Shown here piece after piece: positions 7,277-9,051 of a DNA stretch of 9,051 nt (within the stretch, counting starts at the first letter, position 1; each line of letters opens with the position of its first letter). The notes under the pieces were generated by a model. The model was not told where the DNA came from. It saw only the letters and a list, made by a program, of their open reading frames with translations, and made no database searches. The DNA is from Octopus sinensis (lineage: Eukaryota): positions 1 to 9,051 of the forward strand of contig NW_021828188.1 of NCBI RefSeq assembly GCF_006345805.1. The letters are read 5' to 3'. A program made the position numbers and the translations under genes.

Positions 7277-7622
7277 GCGGAGGCGCAATGGCCCAGTGGT
7301 TAGGGCAGCGGGCTCGCGGTCATCGGATCGCGATTTCATTTCCCAGACCGGGCGTTGTGAGTGTTTATTGAGTGAAAACACCTAAAGCTCCACGAGGCTC
7401 CACAAATTTCTCTTGCTCTTTCTTCCTGTTTCTGTTGTACCTGTATTTCAAAGGGGCCAGCCTTGTCACACTTTGTGTCACGCTGAATCTCCCAGAGAAA
7501 TACGTTAAGGTTACACGTGTCTGTGGAATGCTCAGCCACTTACACATTAATTTCACGAGCAAGCTGTTTCGTGGATCAGATCAACTGGAACACTCGTCGT
7601 CGTAACCGACGGAGTGCCATTC
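7277..7622 (+). mobile_element. tRNA-derived SINE (head H2 + tail T3) with an internal ~39-nt deletion
   Basis: A box TGGCCCAGTGG, degraded B box, and terminal hairpin CGTCG-TAAC-CGACG (7598-7611). Candidate 9-bp TSD: ATGTATATG (7267-7275 / 7623-7631). The deletion at 7401/7402 is relative to the 4680-5055 copy. Confidence 0.9.
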
Positions 7623-7670
7623 ATGTATATGTGTTTGTGTGTAAGTGTGTGTGTGTATGTATGTATGTAT

Positions 7671-8223
7671 CAAGGATTGAACAGGCAGAACACAACAAGG
7701 AGAAAAAGTTAGATGAAAGTAGAACAAACGGGAAACTAGACGGAAGCTTAAAGGATCGAGAATATAGACAAAGACACGATATACGGAATGTTCGCAGCTG
7801 AGTTTTCCGCGTCAGTCAGATTAACCAATATATCATCGTGGTTTCGCACCATTATCGTTGAGACCACTGAATTTTAGAGGTGCCAGCGGGAAAAAGCTGG
7901 GGAATGTATACTGAGACAGAAACAAACAAGTCAATATATAAATACAACAGTCGAAGAATCACGTATATATAACAAATCAAAGCCTTACGGCTATATACAA
8001 CAGAAGAAAAGAGTAATAATAATTATACAAATATAGCATGCCCAGCTGACAACGAGGCTTGCGATAAGGAAGAAAAAAGTCGATAGATATGACAGGTTAG
8101 CTTGGGAGGTTAAGCAGTCGTGGTCGATGAAAAAAGTTGTAGTAGTACCAATATACTCCGGAAGGTGCTCAAAAAATAAGAGATGTTACCTTAGTTCACT
8201 GGTCGTGAACAGCTGACACCGCA
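7671..8223. other. Unclassified purine-skewed block, possibly an LTR-retroelement remnant
   Basis: Non-coding, with strong strand asymmetry. The minus strand carries TGGTGCGAAACC (7849-7838), one gap from a tRNA-Phe primer-binding site (TGGTGCCGAAACC). No paired LTR was found. Confidence 0.2.
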
Positions 8224-8241
8224 GTACATCTCCAGCGCTAG

Positions 8242-8680
8242 AAGCAGCGTTTTAAAGCATCTGCCAGTGCTGATAATGAAGGAGGACTGAAGACAGCTTA
8301 CGGTATCTCTCCTAATATAGCAAAGAAAGGAACATCGTATACCATTGGTAAAGAGATCGTAATTCCCGCAATTAAAGATGTGATTGAGAATTTTATGAAG
8401 AAAGAAACTTAACATGCACTAAAATGCATACTATTGGGTGCAAATACAGTGCAACGACACATCGATCAATTGGCCGTTGATGTGGAGAGAACCTTGGTAC
8501 CTGAGCTTCAACATTGCATGTTTTCTATTCGCCTCGATGAACCAACTTTTGGAGGTTCAAATATTCTCCTGGCCTATGTGACGTATTATAGTCCAAGCCT
8601 AAAGTGCATTGTTGACGAGTTCTTCTTTGCTAAGTACCTTTAAGTACCTTAAAGGTGATGCGAAAGGTGAGACAATTTTT
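8242..8680 (+). mobile_element. Decayed hAT (Buster/Charlie-type) transposase fragment
   Basis: The frame reads ...GGLKTAYGISPNIAKKGTSYTIGKEIVIPAIKDVIENFMKKET*HALKCILLGANTVQRHIDQLAVDVERTLVPELQHCMFSIRLDEPT...LLAYVTY...DEFFFAKYL, then KGDAKGETIF after a frameshift. This matches the Buster/ZBED8/SCAND3-type motifs (IAKxxKPxTIGExLI, LSxxTVxRRIxxxAxD, FSxxLDEST, LLxYVRY, EEFLF). The first catalytic Asp is at 8536-8538. There is an in-frame TAA at 8410-8412 and a 10-bp duplication at 8631-8650, and no TIRs were found. Confidence 0.88.
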
Positions 8681-8681
8681 C

Positions 8682-9051
8682 TGTTTGGTATCCAAACGTA
8701 ACCGGAAACGTTCTCTGTGGGACAAATCAGTCGTAGTTCAGGCGTTCGTCGCTAGAAGCTTAGGGCAACACGAAGACAATAATTAATAATGATAATAATA
8801 TATATACAAGAAAGAGCCTTGGGACTGCAAGACAAGACAGAAGTGGGTAACGCGAAGGAGAAATGAAAACTTCACTAAAGGACTATAGATATAGGGGGGG
8901 GGGTAGAGCGAGAAGCTCAGGAAATCGTGACCAGTTCGGTCGAGGGCAACGTGAAAAAGAATGACACCTCCTTAGCTTACCAATGGGGAAAGCTGCCGCT
9001 CGTCAGTCCGCGAAACGTATTTCTTTTCACAATACATAGGCGAGGGTTTGT
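8682..9051. other. Unclassified repeat-like block beginning TG at the point where transposase homology stops
   Basis: There is an abrupt loss of hAT homology at 8680/8682, a hairpin GTTTGG-TAT-CCAAAC (8683-8697), and the same purine skew as 7671-8223. The block runs off the window. Confidence 0.2.

Noticed and set aside
2590-7355. tRNA-like sequences at the 5' ends of the SINEs
   Set aside because: They have A and B boxes but no properly paired acceptor or anticodon stems, and they continue into SINE bodies, so they are not tRNA genes.
136-7801. Most ORFs in the six-frame track (IYIY, VCVC, THTH, YLSI-rich, and those overlapping SINEs or the Helitron)
   Set aside because: They are open frames produced by microsatellites or by non-coding repeats, with no domain motifs.
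8894-8903. G-run as an LTR polypurine tract
   Set aside because: It is not followed by the TG start of an LTR, and no paired LTR was found.
1-9051. CRISPR array or prokaryotic defence/operon system
   Set aside because: There are no regularly spaced repeats with unique spacers and no long ORFs; the repeats are eukaryotic SINEs and simple repeats.

Overview
This is an AT-rich, microsatellite-dense eukaryotic (animal) window that looks intronic or intergenic. It is not prokaryotic, and I see no CRISPR array, rRNA or real tRNA gene. The SINE families match from memory those abundant in octopus/coleoid cephalopod genomes (inference, not a database result). Well-supported content: five near-complete tRNA-headed SINEs plus one truncated by the window edge, a complete 405-bp non-autonomous Helitron with both canonical ends, a 107-bp TA-flanked MITE, a decayed Buster-type hAT transposase fragment, an inverted-repeat pair enclosing a (TATC)n/(TA)n block, and many microsatellites. 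Nearly all supplied ORFs are artefacts of microsatellites or SINEs. The most notable observations are: (i) the SINEs combine two heads with three tails, switching at a shared GTTG; (ii) two SINEs form a head-to-tail pair that may have moved as a dimer; (iii) a SINE-body hairpin shows compensatory base changes in two copies and is cleanly deleted in a third; (iv) a run of abutting hairpins competes with the MITE fold-back; (v) a phase-consistent chain of five small candidate exons lies on the minus strand. I found no clear new biological system; the findings are testable hypotheses.
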